NCBI RefSeq assembly: GCF_964213995.1
Contig: NC_135804.1
Span: forward strand, 68,200,001 to 68,264,000
From: Mustelus asterias
Lineage: Eukaryota
Reading direction: 5' to 3'
Length of the DNA stretch: 64,000 bases
Of this stretch, positions 50,411 through 63,437 are shown one piece after another. Position numbers and translations under genes: made by a program. Numbering within the stretch: the stretch's first letter is position 1; every line of letters starts with the position of its first letter. A model generated the notes under the pieces. It saw only the letters and a program-made list of their open reading frames with translations. It did not search any database and had not been told where the DNA came from.

Positions 50411-51547
50411 TAAAATGTTTTCAAACATGCCAACCTCAAAACTACTCGAAGCGAGATCTCCTGCTTGGCTGCTCGCTGATTGTGGATCCGAACAAAAAAG
50501 GTGTAATTTTTTAACTTAATACCTGACGTAATACCCGGGCCAGCAGACCAAGTCCGCCCTGTCTCGTGAACGCAGCTTCAGGATGACCCGTCAGGACCGC
50601 ACCCGAGGTTTTTGATAAGCGCGCTTTGAGGCCAAATGCGCATGCGCCGGGACTTACGGGACGTCCCGCGCGTATGTTCGGCGCTCCAACAGCGGAAACT
50701 GGCTGGAGGTTACGCCCGTATCTGCATGTATTCGGAAATATTGTAAGTTACTTATCTTGCAAAAGGAGCGAGAAAAGACCTGTTGGATATTTAACCTCAA
50801 ATCGAAAAGGTCCAATGGAAGTTAATGCTTCCCTAATAAATCAAAATTTCAGACTAGAGGAATGACATATGCTTTGACATTTGAGTGGAAGGCAATGGGA
50901 AATCAGCCCTGAAAAAAAAACTGCCAGGTTAACGGCTCAGGGTACGGTATCAACTGACAATTAGCCACTGACTTGTTGTCGGGCAGAGCAGGCAAAACTG
51001 AAATGCATGAATTCTGAAATATAGTCAAAATGCAAGTTCTTGAAAAGCAATGCGTTAGTCGCAGGAATGAAAATTATATGTATGGCAACACTTATAGAAA
51101 GTGTTCTGAACTTCACGATGTTATTAATTTTAGAAATATTTTAGGTCATTACACTTGGTAGTAGATTTTGCAACTTTCAAATCTGAAACTTCAAAAACAC
51201 ACGTTTACCAACACGTGGATAGCCAATTTGAACATATTGAAAGCAATCCAGCCGAAATGTTAAGAAACCGTGTTCAGATAATTTCGCAAATTCTATAACT
51301 TAGTTTGAACTTAACAAACAGACCTTTTCTAATGCAAAGTCATTCTTTATCGAATTTACGATTAAAATCAGAGTGCGAAACACACGTTATTTAGGGTTCT
51401 ATCGTGAATGCTGAGGCGTAATGTAAAACGCACACAATCAAAGGACCAATATAATTGTTAAATGAGGAATAAGTCATTCTATTGTGCTTACTTACATTTT
51501 TGGTTATTTGAAATATTACCAAGGAAACGTCCTACAGTCTTACCTAC

Positions 51548-51828
51548 CATGAATGGCAAGCATTCCATTTCTGTTTACGTCACTCCGATGTTTGACCCCA
51601 CAGTAATATACCCCAACATGTTGCAAACAGACATCAAGTGAAAGGAACCCTGGCCTTTCCACAAAAAATATCGCCTCCTCCTGTCTGAATTTGGCTGCAT
51701 AAATGTACTTTCGCCGGGTCTCCGCCAGTAAATATTCACTTCAGAATTAGTGGAAAAATGTGGGAGCGTGAAAGCGAAGGTACCATTTTCACCAATTATC
51801 ACAATCTTTTGATGGAGGGTTTGGAAGC
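51548..51828 (-). pseudogene. V-exon pseudogene paralogous to the 9565-9885 exon
   Basis: Reads GENGTFAF...EVNIYWRRPGESTFMQPNSDRR...KGQGSFHL, then a frameshift, then VGVYYCGVKHRSDVNRNGMLAIHG|gtag. GVYYCGVKH is identical to the intact gene. The first Cys is lost (TTC) and the J strand is shortened. Confidence 0.85.
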
Positions 51829-54459
51829 CTTGGAACAGGACAGCGATAATAACTCAAAAATGTAAGAGATCAGACTCCCAGGAAATCAAAGATATCTCTC
51901 CTAATGGAAAATTGATGCAAACCTGAGATAGGTGATAGAATAGGAATAGACAGAAACAATACCTGTGGGTAAATATCACGATACGCTGAAGTATGGCACA
52001 AGCAGCTGTATTCCGTAAGTAAGTTGCTATTTGCTGTAAACCAATAGGAAATGCTATTTCCAGCTCCCTTCGTGGGTGAACAATTTCGTCCAAATGGCTG
52101 CCAATTATGCAATAATGAAGGGCGCACGACATATTAAAAGCAACCATGCACAGTGACGAACGAAAAGATGGAATATCTAAGTTTTGCCCGGAGCATTGTA
52201 TGATTTGAACATCACACAATGCAAGTTTTCGCTGACGTACAATTGAGACCACACCGTTTTACCCGGAGTATCGGTTAGCGACATATTAAACCGCAATAAA
52301 TTACTTAAAAGACCGTTTCCTGCATTACAGCATGTGTAAAACTAATTGTTTTAGAACAATGAAAATGTTGAGACACTGAATGCAAAACGACTTGGTGATT
52401 AATAACATTATAGACTATTATACTGATTTTCATAGCGATTAAATTAAGCCCGAAGCTACCGTTTCAATGCGAGGCAAAGCAAACTGTCCAGATACGCTGT
52501 CATGCTCATACGTCCGTTCTTGGACTGGTACATTCTTCCTGAGAAGACCAACGCAAACTAAAGGAATGGTGTAACTTCCGGTCCGAAATGCCGGGGCACA
52601 TTGCATATACCTCAGACATGTCGGTGGGACAACACGGAAGTCCCGACGCATGCGCGTTTGGTCGAGGTTATGAAAGCGACCGGTCCTGAAGCGCTATACT
52701 GCAATTGTGCCAAAACCTCCAGCACCTGCGCTGTAGTTCGGTGAATTTTTGCGCTTATTTATTTGCACTTTTAGTTTTTGGCCCGGCAGCAGCGCATAAA
52801 GGCAGCAGACATTCTTTGGGTTTTTTTTTTCTTGTCCATGTTTCATAAATTGTTTGATAAGTAAAGCACAGAAAATGTAAATATTTTTTTACCTTTTTTA
52901 CAACATTGTCATGAAAACTAATTGCATTAAAATTTTTCGTCATATAAAACAAGTGGAAACAAAAGACAAAATGCTGGAAAGTCTCAGCAGGTCCGGCAGC
53001 ATCTGTAAGGAGAGACAAGAACGAACGTTTCGAGTCCAGATGACTCTTTGTCAACGCTAAAAGGCATAGAAAGTGGGAGATATTTATACTGCAGTGTAAG
53101 GGAATGAAAGATGATCCATAGCAATAAAGCAATAGGAAAGGCTGCTAATGGCAGTCCATAGAGAGAATGAAAGGTGTGCATGGCCAAACGGCAGAGAAGC
53201 TGAAATCAGAGGGTAATCTGTAACAGATGAAGAAGTGGGGAGAGCAGGGGGGAATAGGTGGGAGAGAGGTAAAATTGAGAAAAAGGAGGAAAGGGAAAAC
53301 AAAGCGGGAGAAAAGGTAAGGCTGAGCACCTGAGGTCTGTGCGCAATCAGGACCCTCACCTTCTCGTTGCCATTTTAACGCACGATCTTTCTCTCATGCC
53401 CACATATCTGTCCTTGGCCTGCTGGAGAAACAGCATCTCATCTTCTGGCTAGGCACATTACAACTTTCCGGTCTCAACATCGAATTTAACAACTTCAGAT
53501 GATTAGTTCTACCCCACCTCAATCCTTTTGTTTACATTTCACTTTATGTTTAACTGTTCTCTACCTTTTACTTGTTTACTGTTCTTTCCCCCACAAACGT
53601 TCCCCTATTTTAGCCCCCGTTTCCTTACGTTTTCTCCCCCCTTGCTTCCCCTTTCTTTCTTTTTCTCAATTTTACCTATCTCCCACCTATTCTCCCCCTC
53701 TCCCGCCCATATCATCATCTGTCACAGCTTACATCCGAGTTCAACTTCTCAGCCATTTGGCCATTCAATTTTATTCGTTCCATGGACGGCTATTGGCAGC
53801 TTTTCCCATTATTGTTGTGGCTATGCAATGTTTTATTCCCTCACCCTGCAGTATAGATATGTCCCACTTTCTGTGCATTTTAGCTTTGACAAAGGGTCAT
53901 CTGGATTAGAAACGTCAACTATTTTTTCTCATTACAGATGCTGTCAGACCTGCTGAGATTTTCCAGCATTTTCTCTTTTGGTTTCAGATTCCAGCATTCT
54001 CAGTAATTTGCTTTTATCCAGTGTTGAACTCACTGCTACTTCTCTTCCAGGAATGCCTACCCTGAAGGAGTACCGCTCTTCTTTCCGACAGGATTTTGGC
54101 ATGTCTCTACACAACACCAACCCCCCCCCCCCCCCCCCCCCACCCCGCCCCCCCCCCCCCCCCCCCACCCTGGCCCGCCACCCCCACCACCACCCTATCC
54201 ACCTTAATTGCTTTCCATTTATCTCTCAGTGTTGGAAAAGGTATTCACCAAGACTCGCTTCCACAGCATTTCCTTCCTCAGTGACTGTCTTCGCCTCTGA
54301 CTTACCCCAAGTGGATTTCAACTCAAATTCCACCCCACACGTAACCTCCAGGATTACAGATATCTCCAGGATATCCATCATTCTTCGAACTGCTGTTCTC
54401 GCTGCATCCTGAAAGCTACACTCAGTGCCATGCGTAACCACATGAAGACATTCGACATC

Positions 54460-54795
54460 GCGGCACGGTAGCACAGTGGTTAGCACTGCAGCTTCACAGC
54501 TCCAGGGACCAGGGTTCGATTCCCGGCTTGGGTCACTGTCTGTGTGGAGTTTGCACATTCTCTTCGTGTCTGCGTGGGTTTCCTCCGAGTGCTCCGGTTT
54601 CCTCCCACAGTCCAAAGATGTGTGGGTTAGGTTGATTGGCCATGCTAAAATTGCCCTTAGTGCCTTGGGATGCGTCGGTTAGAGGGATTAGTGGGTAAAT
54701 ATGTAGGGATATGGGGGATATTTGGGCCTGTTTGTGTTGTGGCCGGTGCAGACTCGATGGGCCGAATGTGCTGTAGGGTTTCTCAGATTCTAAGA
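54460..54795 (+). mobile_element. HE1-like SINE in Penelope
   Basis: gcggcacggtagcacagtggttagcactgc...gggttcgattcccggcttggg. Confidence 0.9.
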
Positions 54796-55278
54796 TCTCT
54801 CTTCAGCAGCATTATCTTACTCTCTCTCAAAACTGTCCCTGTCCCCAGTTTCATCTCAACCTCGCCATCATTTGACGTCTTAACAAAAAAACTTTTCCAG
54901 TTTCTTGCAGATGTTAAGGAAAACAAGCGTCAACAACTCATCAACACCACTGCACATCCTAGGCCCTCCACCAGACCCAGTTCCTCAACCCCATCTCTTC
55001 TAGCCCCAGCCCTCGCCGTGTGTTCACCAGACCCTCCAACATTCCCCTCTCCGAGTCTGAGAGTGTTGTTCTCAGCAAAGGACTCAGCTTACATTCTTAC
55101 GTCCCCACATCAATGAATTCGGGCCTCGATATGATGTTGAACTCTTCTTTTGTCACCTTCGTCTCCATGCCCACTTTTTTGGGTAAGAGTCCTCCCCCTG
55201 TTCCACCCAGGCCAGGACAATTACCTGCCCTCGGTCTTTTCATTGGGAATTGTCGATGGGACATTGGCCATCTTAATC

Positions 55279-55622
55279 TTAGAATCTTAGAATCCCTACA
55301 GCACAGAAAGAGGCCATTCGGCCCATCGAGTCTGCACCGTCCACAATCCCACCCAGGCCCTACCCCCATATCCCTACATATTTACCTACTAATCCTTCTA
55401 ACTTACGCATCCCAGGACACTAAGGGCAATTTTAGCTTGGCCAATCAACCTAACCCGCACATCTTTGGACTGTGGAAGGAAACCGGAGCACCCGGAGGAA
55501 ACCCACGCAGACACGAGGAGAATGTGCAAACTCCACACAGACAGTGACCCAAGCCGGGAATCGAACCCAGGTCCCTGGAGCTGTGAAGCAGCAGTGCTAA
55601 CCACTGTGCTACCGTGCCGCCC
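55279..55622 (-). mobile_element. HE1-like SINE in Penelope
   Basis: Full-length reverse complement, very similar to 46521-46866. Confidence 0.9.
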
Positions 55623-57913
55623 AATAATCTTTCTGCCCTGCTCACCCATTCCAGCCTCTCTCCTTCTGAACGTTCTGCTCTTTGCTCCCTCAGGTCCAAA
55701 CCCGACTTTGTCATCAAACCTGCCAACAAAGAGAGTGCTGTTGTCGTCTGGCGCACTGACCTCTACCTTGCACAGGCTGAGCGCCAACTCACAGATGCTT
55801 CCACCTACCTCCCCCGGACCATGACCACACTATTGAACAAGCCATTATCTCCAGCACCGTTACTGACCCCATTTCCTCCAAATGTCTTCCCCCACAGCTT
55901 CCAATCTCATAATCTCCCAATTCCAGGCAGCCCAGAGAGCTCTTTGCTTCTTTCTTGAAAAGAGGCTTGAACAATCCGCATCCACCACCACTCTCCTGTG
56001 CCTGGCTGAAATCGTTCTCTCTCTCAATAACTTCTCCTTTAACTCATCCCACTTTCTCCAAATCAAAAGTGTAGCAATAGGTACCCACATGGGTCCAAGC
56101 TGCACATATCTTTTTATGGGGTCTGTGGAACATTCCTTGTTCCACGCCTACCCGGATCCCATCCCACAACTCATTTACCGGTAAATCGATGACTGCTTTG
56201 GTGCCACTTCGTGCTCTCATTCGGACCTGGAAAAATCCATCATCTTCGCTTCCAGTGCCCCCCGCGCTCCCCCCCCTCCCCTCCCCCCTCCCCGCCCCAT
56301 CACCTTCACATGCTGCATCTCAGACACTTCCCTTCATTCCTTGACCTTTCTGGTCCAATTTCCAGCGATAGACTATCGGCCAATATCCATTACAAGCCCA
56401 CTGACTCCCACAGCTATCTGGACTGCAGCACTTCACATCCTACATCCTGTAAGGACTCGATCCATCTCGCTCAGCTCCGTCGCATCTGTCGCATTTGTTC
56501 CAATGATGCCACTTTCCAAAGTGGTGCTTCTAATATGTGTTCCTTCTTCCTCAACTGTGATATCCCACGTACAATTGTCGATCGAGAGTCCGGTCCATTT
56601 CCCGCACCACGACCTTCACCCTCTCCCCTCCCTCTTAGAACAAGGATGCAGTCCCCCTTATTCTCATAATTCACCCCACCAGCCTTCGCATGCAAAGCAT
56701 AATCCTCTGGCATTTTCGCCAACTCCAGCGTGATGCCACCACCAAACACATCTTCCCTCCATTCCCTCTGTCAGCATTCTGCAGAGACCATTCCCTCTGA
56801 GTAACCTAGTCCACTCCTCCACTGTACCCAACACCTCTCCAATCACCATGGCACCTTCCCATGCAATCGCAGAAGGTGAAACACCTGCCCCTTTAATTCT
56901 TCCATGCTCATAATCCAACGTTTAAAACACTCATCCCAGGTTAAGCAGCGTTTAACTTGCACATCTTTCAATTTTGTCCATTGCATTCACTGCTCCCAAT
57001 GTGTTCTCCTCTATATCAGAGAGACCAAACATAGGCTGGGTGATCACTTTGCTGAGCACCTTCGGTCTGTGCGCAGTCAGGACCCTGACCTTCCCGTTGC
57101 TTGCCATTTTATCACATGATTCTGCTCCCATGCACACACGTCTATCCTTGGCCTACTGCAATGTTCCAGTGAAGCTCAACGCAAACTGGAGGAACAGCTT
57201 CTCATCTTCGGGCTAGACACATTACAGCCTTCCGGTCTCAACATCGAATTCCACAATTTAAGAGATTAGCTCTACCCCGCCTCGACCCCTCTCTTTTCAT
57301 TTCATTTTATTTTTAATTGTTCTCTACCTTTTACTTCTCTATTTCTCTAGCTCCCCGCCCTATTTCTCGCTGTTTTATCCCCCTTTCCTTACTTTTTCTC
57401 CCTTTTGCATCCCCTTTGACCCCTTTTCTTTAATTTTATCTCTCTCCCACCCATTCCACCGCCCCCCCCCCCTAACCCCCCCCCCCCCCCTCCCCCCGCC
57501 CCCCCCGATTACATCGTCATCTGTCGCAGCTTGCTTTCTGATTTCAGCTTCTTGCCGTTCGGCCATTCACACCTTTTACCTTTTATTCTCCGAATGGAAT
57601 ACCATTAGCAACCCTTTCCCATTGTTTTTATGGCTATGACGCATCTTTCATTCCCTCACCCTGCAGTATAAATATCTCCCATTTCTGTGCTTTTTAGCTT
57701 TGACAAAGGGTCAGCTTTGTTCCCTCCTTACAGATGCTGCCAGACCTGCTGAGATTTTCCAGCATTTTCTCTTTTGGTTTCAGGTTGCAGCATTCGCAAT
57801 AATTTGCTTTTATAACAAAGTGATGTCGGTGTCTGGAATGAATTTCAGCATTTGGATTTTGCAATATATTTAATGCAGTTTTTAACCCTATTTTAAGCGT
57901 CTCCCTGATAAAA

Positions 57914-58111
57914 CATTGATTCTTGTTTAACTCAGCTAGTTCAAATGCTTCAGGAAAGTATATCACTTAAGATGATACAGGCAAGTCTCCCGTAATGTTT
58001 ATTCTAATTTTAAGATCTTCCTCATGCACCATTGATTCTTATGCAACTTGGCCAGTTCAAATGCTTTCGGAAAGCATATTTATCAAAATGGCATATTCAA
58101 TTCTCCTGTAA
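57914..58111. repeat. Old tandem duplication (~116-bp period)
   Basis: cattgattctt...agttcaaatgctt..ggaaag at 57914 and 58030. Confidence 0.6.
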
Positions 58112-59145
58112 GTTGATGTGAACTCGGCATTACAGAATTCAATGCTGCTTGAAAATCTAGAGTTATGTTTTCCACCGCTGGAACATCGCACTATTTCCCT
58201 TGATACTTAACTGAAGCTCTTTTTGAAATTTGATGTGGACATGGAAGAGTCATGCTGCATGTAAAATCCAAACACTCCCCGTCTCCTATTTCTCCCCCTC
58301 CCTCCTTGCCCCATCCTTTTCCCTCTCCTTTCCCCTCCCCTCCTTTCCCCCTCCTTCCTACCCCCTCTTTCTCTCCCCCCCCCCCACCTCATACCCATCC
58401 CTCACCTCCTTGTTTAGCGACAACATAATTGTTGCGCTAATGTATAGATATTTTATTGATTGTTGTTGGAGATATATGTTTTGTAAGAAACTTGAAAAGA
58501 CGAGGCAATAGAGCATGTCAGGGCAGCTGCTGAAGTAAAATGTTTAGTTAAATATTAACATGGTATCAAAGTTTTCTACTAATAATATTTTTGTTAATCA
58601 ATATTTTCCATTAAACTACAAAATTCTGCTGATGCTTTATTGAAACAGAACAAATATTTACATATGAAATTATATAAATACTTTACTTAAACATACAGTA
58701 CAGTTCAATGTAAGAATTATAAATAAAGTAAGAAAGGCAGAAGAATACTAATGATAAACACATCTAGACTTTCCATGGCCCAAAACGTGAACGCTCCTCT
58801 GATCGGTCTCATCCAGGCATCCAAATCGTGAACAACAAAGAACAAAGAAAGTTACAACACAAGAAAAGGCCCTTCTGCCCTCCAAGCCTGCACCGACCAT
58901 GCTGCCCGGTTGAACGAAAACCCCCTACCCTTCTGAGGACCATATCCCTGCTGATTCAAGAAATTCTGACCATATTCTAAATCAAAACACACAAGTTCTG
59001 ACAAACATGCCACACATATTAAAACATTACGTAATAATACTTATTATTATATTACGTAATAATTTGGGCCGGCACTGTGTCGCACTTTTGCCTCATAGTA
59101 CAAAGGACACGGGCTCAATTCCGGCCTTGAGTGCCTAGGTGCACT

Positions 59146-59230
59146 TCCTCGGCCATTTATGTTGGATGTATGTCACCTTATATATGATACACAACGGGCA
59201 ATGGATGCTGAGCTTGCCTGTGTGTCTATG
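59146..59230 (+). pseudogene. Possible degenerate V-J 3' end on the plus strand
   Basis: One frame reads SSAIYVGCMSPYI*YTTGNGC*ACLCVY-G|gtaaga, resembling ..ANGTGSKLVIY-G|gtaag. It has two stops, and a SINE fragment lies immediately 5'. Confidence 0.3.
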
Positions 59231-59739
59231 GTAAGAAGATCATGTGACTATTTCAGACTATCTTTTGTAGTAGATAACAGTTGATGTTACTTGTGGTACA
59301 TCTCAGTCTACCGCCAAGTTCAGAAATTTGTCATAAGATCAGGCAGAATCAATACAGCATTATTAAACGGTGCTTCCAAAGCTTTCACAGACCTTGAGGT
59401 CATTTTTTACTCGTTAAGACACCTTAATTAAATTTCATATATACACATTGCACCTTTTATAAGCAGCTCTGTAATGATGCTGAATGCAAGTTAAGAGCAA
59501 GTATTGGCTAGAGAATTGACAATGCAGTCCAGGTTATCAAAATCAGAACGATAAACTTTCAGCCACCATGTACTGCTCTGCTTCAGTAACGTGTCAGACC
59601 GTGTCAATAAAAGGCCAAAGGCAGTTTATCAGACTATACTGACCTCCCTATAAAACACGGTGAAATCCGGTGTTTGGCAGTTTTTTCCATAATTTCAAAC
59701 GGTGGAAAGCAAAGTGCAGACTTACGTATTTCCTCCCAA

Positions 59740-60670
59740 AATAGTGATTCCCAAGATAGGCAGTGAAGTTGTCAATAGGAGGCAGAAAATCTACAAAGGG
59801 ATACAAACAGTTAAGTGAGCGAACAAAAAATTGTCAGATGGAGTATAAAGTGGATAACTGTAAACAGTGCTCACTTTAGCAGGAAGAAGAGAAAAGCAAT
59901 ATGCTGTTGAAATAGAGAAAAATAGCAGTAAAGAGGGATTTGTGTGCCCTGGTACATGTATCATACAAATATGGTGTGAAGATACAGAAATTGATTAAGA
60001 AGTCTAATGGAATTTTAACGTTTAATGTTTAAGAGGCAAGGAATATAAAAGTAGTTTAGTTTAACTGTGACTTTATAGGACCTTGGTGAGACCGCATCTG
60101 GAGACTTGGGCATCTGGATAATAGGGTTAATAACCGCATGCAGATTTGGTCTATTTTTTAAGTGTAATTACTTTAGAAGAGCCTCATTTACGTTTTACTG
60201 AACTCATTCCTGGGAAGAATGAATTGTGTTAAGAACAAACGTCGAACAGGTTCGGCCTATACCCATTAGAGATTGAAAGAATGGTCGGCGAAATTACTGA
60301 AACGGATAAGACCATGGCTGGGCTTGATAGGATACATATCCGGTAGTAATTTCGTCTCGTGGGGGAGACTGAAACAAGAGGGCATAGTTTATAAATAATA
60401 GGTCTCCCTTTTAAGACAGGGATGAGAGGACATATTTTCTTCCAACGAGTCAGTACTGTGTGCATTTCTGTTCCCGAGAAAGTAGTGGACGCTGGGTCTT
60501 TCAATTTATTTAAGACAGAATCAGATATTTATCAGGCAAGAAAATTATGAATTATGGAGGACCGACTGGAAAGTGATTTTGAGGTCAAAACCAGACTAGC
60601 CAAGACGTTGTTAAATATGGCAGCAGGATCGAAGAATCGAAGAGTTTACTCCTGTTCCTAAATTCCTATG
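59740..60670 (+). mobile_element. Degenerate CR1 3' fragment
   Basis: LYRTLVRPHLE motif, agggcatagttta, and a CR1 tail. Confidence 0.75.
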
Positions 60671-61275
60671 GTCGTGCATTTATGCCTTCGGCCAACCGCA
60701 TGTAAACATACTCTTTGGAAAAACAATCGAGGTAGCCCAACTCACCCATTAGTCCCTAATACCTATAATTTTGTTTCATTTAAGATTTGATCTAATGCTC
60801 TTTTGAGTCATCCTCTCAGGCAATGCTTTATTCCATTCATAAAAAAGGTTTTCCCCACATTCTCTCTTTTCTTCCTCTCTCCTCTTTGAAAATTGTCATC
60901 AATCGATGTGCTCTGATTATAAACCACTCTGGCACTTGCAATTTCCCCTTGCTCACTCTATTTGCAGTTCATAATTTCAAACACCCCTATAAATTATTTG
61001 CTTAGTCATCTCATCTTTAAGAAGCACAGTTTGTCTTTTTGTCGATTTATTCAAAATACATTGAATGTGAAAAACATTCATATGGTTAAAAAAAGTCACA
61101 CAGTATCATGGAGCAGAGCGGGAGTCCATTTGGGCCATGGCATTTATGGCGGATGTTTAAAAAAAACAAATTCGTTTCACCCTTCTGCTCTTTTCCCACA
61201 ATTCTGCAGATATTTTTAGTATTATCATACTATTAAACTAGTTAATAGTATTATTAGTAGTATTTACTGTATAAT

Positions 61276-62317
61276 CGTGCAAGGAAAAGGTTACAAAATG
61301 TGGGGGATGTGAGAAAGAGTGGAAAGATTAGTGCATGACATTCGTGAACGTAATAATGAATCCAGAAGAATGTACAGTGCCTAATTCAAAGGTGAGATTC
61401 TGTTCTTTGACCTTGAGAAGCCCTTCACTGAGGGCACAGATATCGAAGTGAGAGAAATCTAAAGAGAGATATACTATTAAATATACGCAGAATTGTGGGT
61501 AAAGAGCAGAGGCGTGAAACGAATTTTTTTTTTAAAGATTCGCCATAAATGCATGGCCCAAATGGTCTCCAGCTCTGTTCCATGATTCTATGTGACTTTT
61601 TTAAAATAATACGATTAAATATACTCACAGGACGCTTCCGAATAGTACATACAAATGATAATAAGTCGGAGGGTGTGCTGTACATCTCAGTATTTCTCCT
61701 GATACTTTTGGCAATTATTTTACTTCTAGATTCTTTGGTTGATCATGCTACCTTCGAGGGAAATAACTTTATTCAAACACAATATATTTTACAAATCCCA
61801 CGCAAAAATGATGGGTATTCGAAGCAAGTGGAGGGATATCCTTTCAGTTGGTACCTTTCATCTGATGTGGGGGAAGTTAGCAATAGGCTTTAACGAGGTG
61901 GAATGAGGAATGTGGAAATGCAAAAACAAAATTAAAAACAAGTCTTTGGGTGAAAGGAAGCAGATTTTCAATGTCGAAAATGTTAGTGTTGCAGGGACAA
62001 AGCAAATCGAAATGACAGAAGGAAAGATATGAAACATCGGTACAGATCAGGTGTAAATGATAGAGTAATGAAAAATTGCCGAATGACACGAGCGAAAAAC
62101 ACGAGCGGAAGAACGTTGACATCGATACGTGCAAGGAAAAGGTTACAAAATGTGGGGGATGTGAGAAAGAGTGGAAAGATTAGTGCATGACATTCGTGAA
62201 CGTAATAATGAATCCAGAAGAATGTACAGTGCCTAATTCAAAGGTGAGATTCTGTTCTTTGACCTTGAGAAGCCCTTCACTGAGGGCACAGATATCGAAG
62301 TGAGAGAAATCTAAAGA
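61276..62317. repeat. Identical 190-bp direct repeat pair (61276-61465; 62128-62317) from a degenerate Penelope end
   Basis: No mismatch seen by eye. The minus strand reads EQNLTFELGTVHSSGFIITF (cf. PLE EQHLIFRLGTLQPSGLNIEF). Confidence 0.9.
61631..61760 (+). other. Candidate orphan transmembrane exon
   Basis: After ctcacag| in phase 1: GRFRIVHTNDNKSEG-VLYISVFLLILLAIILLL-DSLV. The 18-aa hydrophobic run is at 61675-61728. The 3' end is undefined. Confidence 0.3.
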
Positions 62318-63437
62318 ATTAAAATGGCAGGCAACACGGTGAGCAGGGTAATGGTTGCAGACCGATATAGGTGTTTGGCAAAGTGTTTGGCCAGCCAATG
62401 TCAAGGAAATGGCATTGTGAACAGCGAATACAGTATATTAAATTATAAGAGGTACAAATAAATCATCGCTCTCCCTGAAAGTTGTAACTGAGTCAGTCTT
62501 GAGAAAAGAGAAGTTAAAATGGAGTCTTAATACCTTCTGCATTTGCGTGGAAGAAACAATGGGAAGGGGGCAGTGTAATGAGGATGATAGAGTTGCGAAT
62601 AAGGTATTTCAGAATGAAATATTCTTTCGAAAGGCCGAAAGGGGAAGGGGTAGGAAGATCTGTTTGATGGTGCCATCGTGCTTCAGCAGTAGAAAATATT
62701 GGAGAATGGTGGGTGCAAGTTAAGCACGATGTGAGCAGTGGTAATGTATGGCAGTGATAATTAGGAGAAGGCTTAAGGGAAAAGTTTGGTATCAATGTCA
62801 GAAATGATCAAGCGCCCTGTGAAGAAAGACATTCCTGTTTGTGCATCATGGGAATAAAGAAGAAAAGGTTATTTATTTTCATTGTTGTTGTTTTTTCCAA
62901 GGCTCCCTTGACTTCATCTCATGTGGAGATTTTCCCAGCATGGCTTCACAACTCATCATCCTTCAGCTCTGAATACATTGCTTCTCTTCCTTTCCAAAGG
63001 TGTACCAGCATGACTGCCCTGTAAGGCATGTCATTTCGGGCCATTCCTACCAAATGATCTAATTTCGTCTGATCCTAATTATACTTTTTCTGCCTGCATC
63101 CGTTTTCCTCCATGTTCCATCTGTAACTTTTCTGATGCACCCTGTCACTTTAAAATACTACAAATTCCTAGGCCTAATGGTCCCATCTTCACCATGGACA
63201 TCTGATCTTTGCACATTTTAATCACCTTATTCACGCCTGAAAAGTGACAAAGTAATTTGTCGTCAAATAAATTTTAAGTCCAAATCAATTTGTGTTAAGC
63301 TAATGTAATGTCAAGAATAACAAGGAAAAAGCTGACTGCAAAGGAGAAGCACAAAAATGCCGTATTCTCATTTTAATGAAGAATATAGGTTTATTGAATA
63401 TTAAGCTGTTGGGTACAAGAGGAAGGTTTCAAACTAA

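Larger units (their letters stand above)
52956..57812 (+). mobile_element. Penelope-like retroelement with inverted and tandem terminal repeats
   Basis: RT (VIKPANK, FLQIKSVAIGTHMGPS, YR*IDD, HYKPTDSHSYLD) and GIY-YIG (LLYIRETKHRLGDHFAEH). Direct repeats at 53321-54015 and 57051-57812; inverted copy at 52956-53321. Confidence 0.9.

Noticed and set aside
50632-52661. Inverted 27-nt motifs (24/27 identity) flanking the V pseudogene, suggesting transposon capture or NRF1/ETS promoters
   Set aside because: They look like subterminal sequence of a repeat family. Given the transposase orientation the V exon lies outside the element, and no TIR/TSD encloses it.
54460-54535. tRNA-like A/B boxes
   Set aside because: These are SINE heads followed by SINE core and tail, not tRNA genes.
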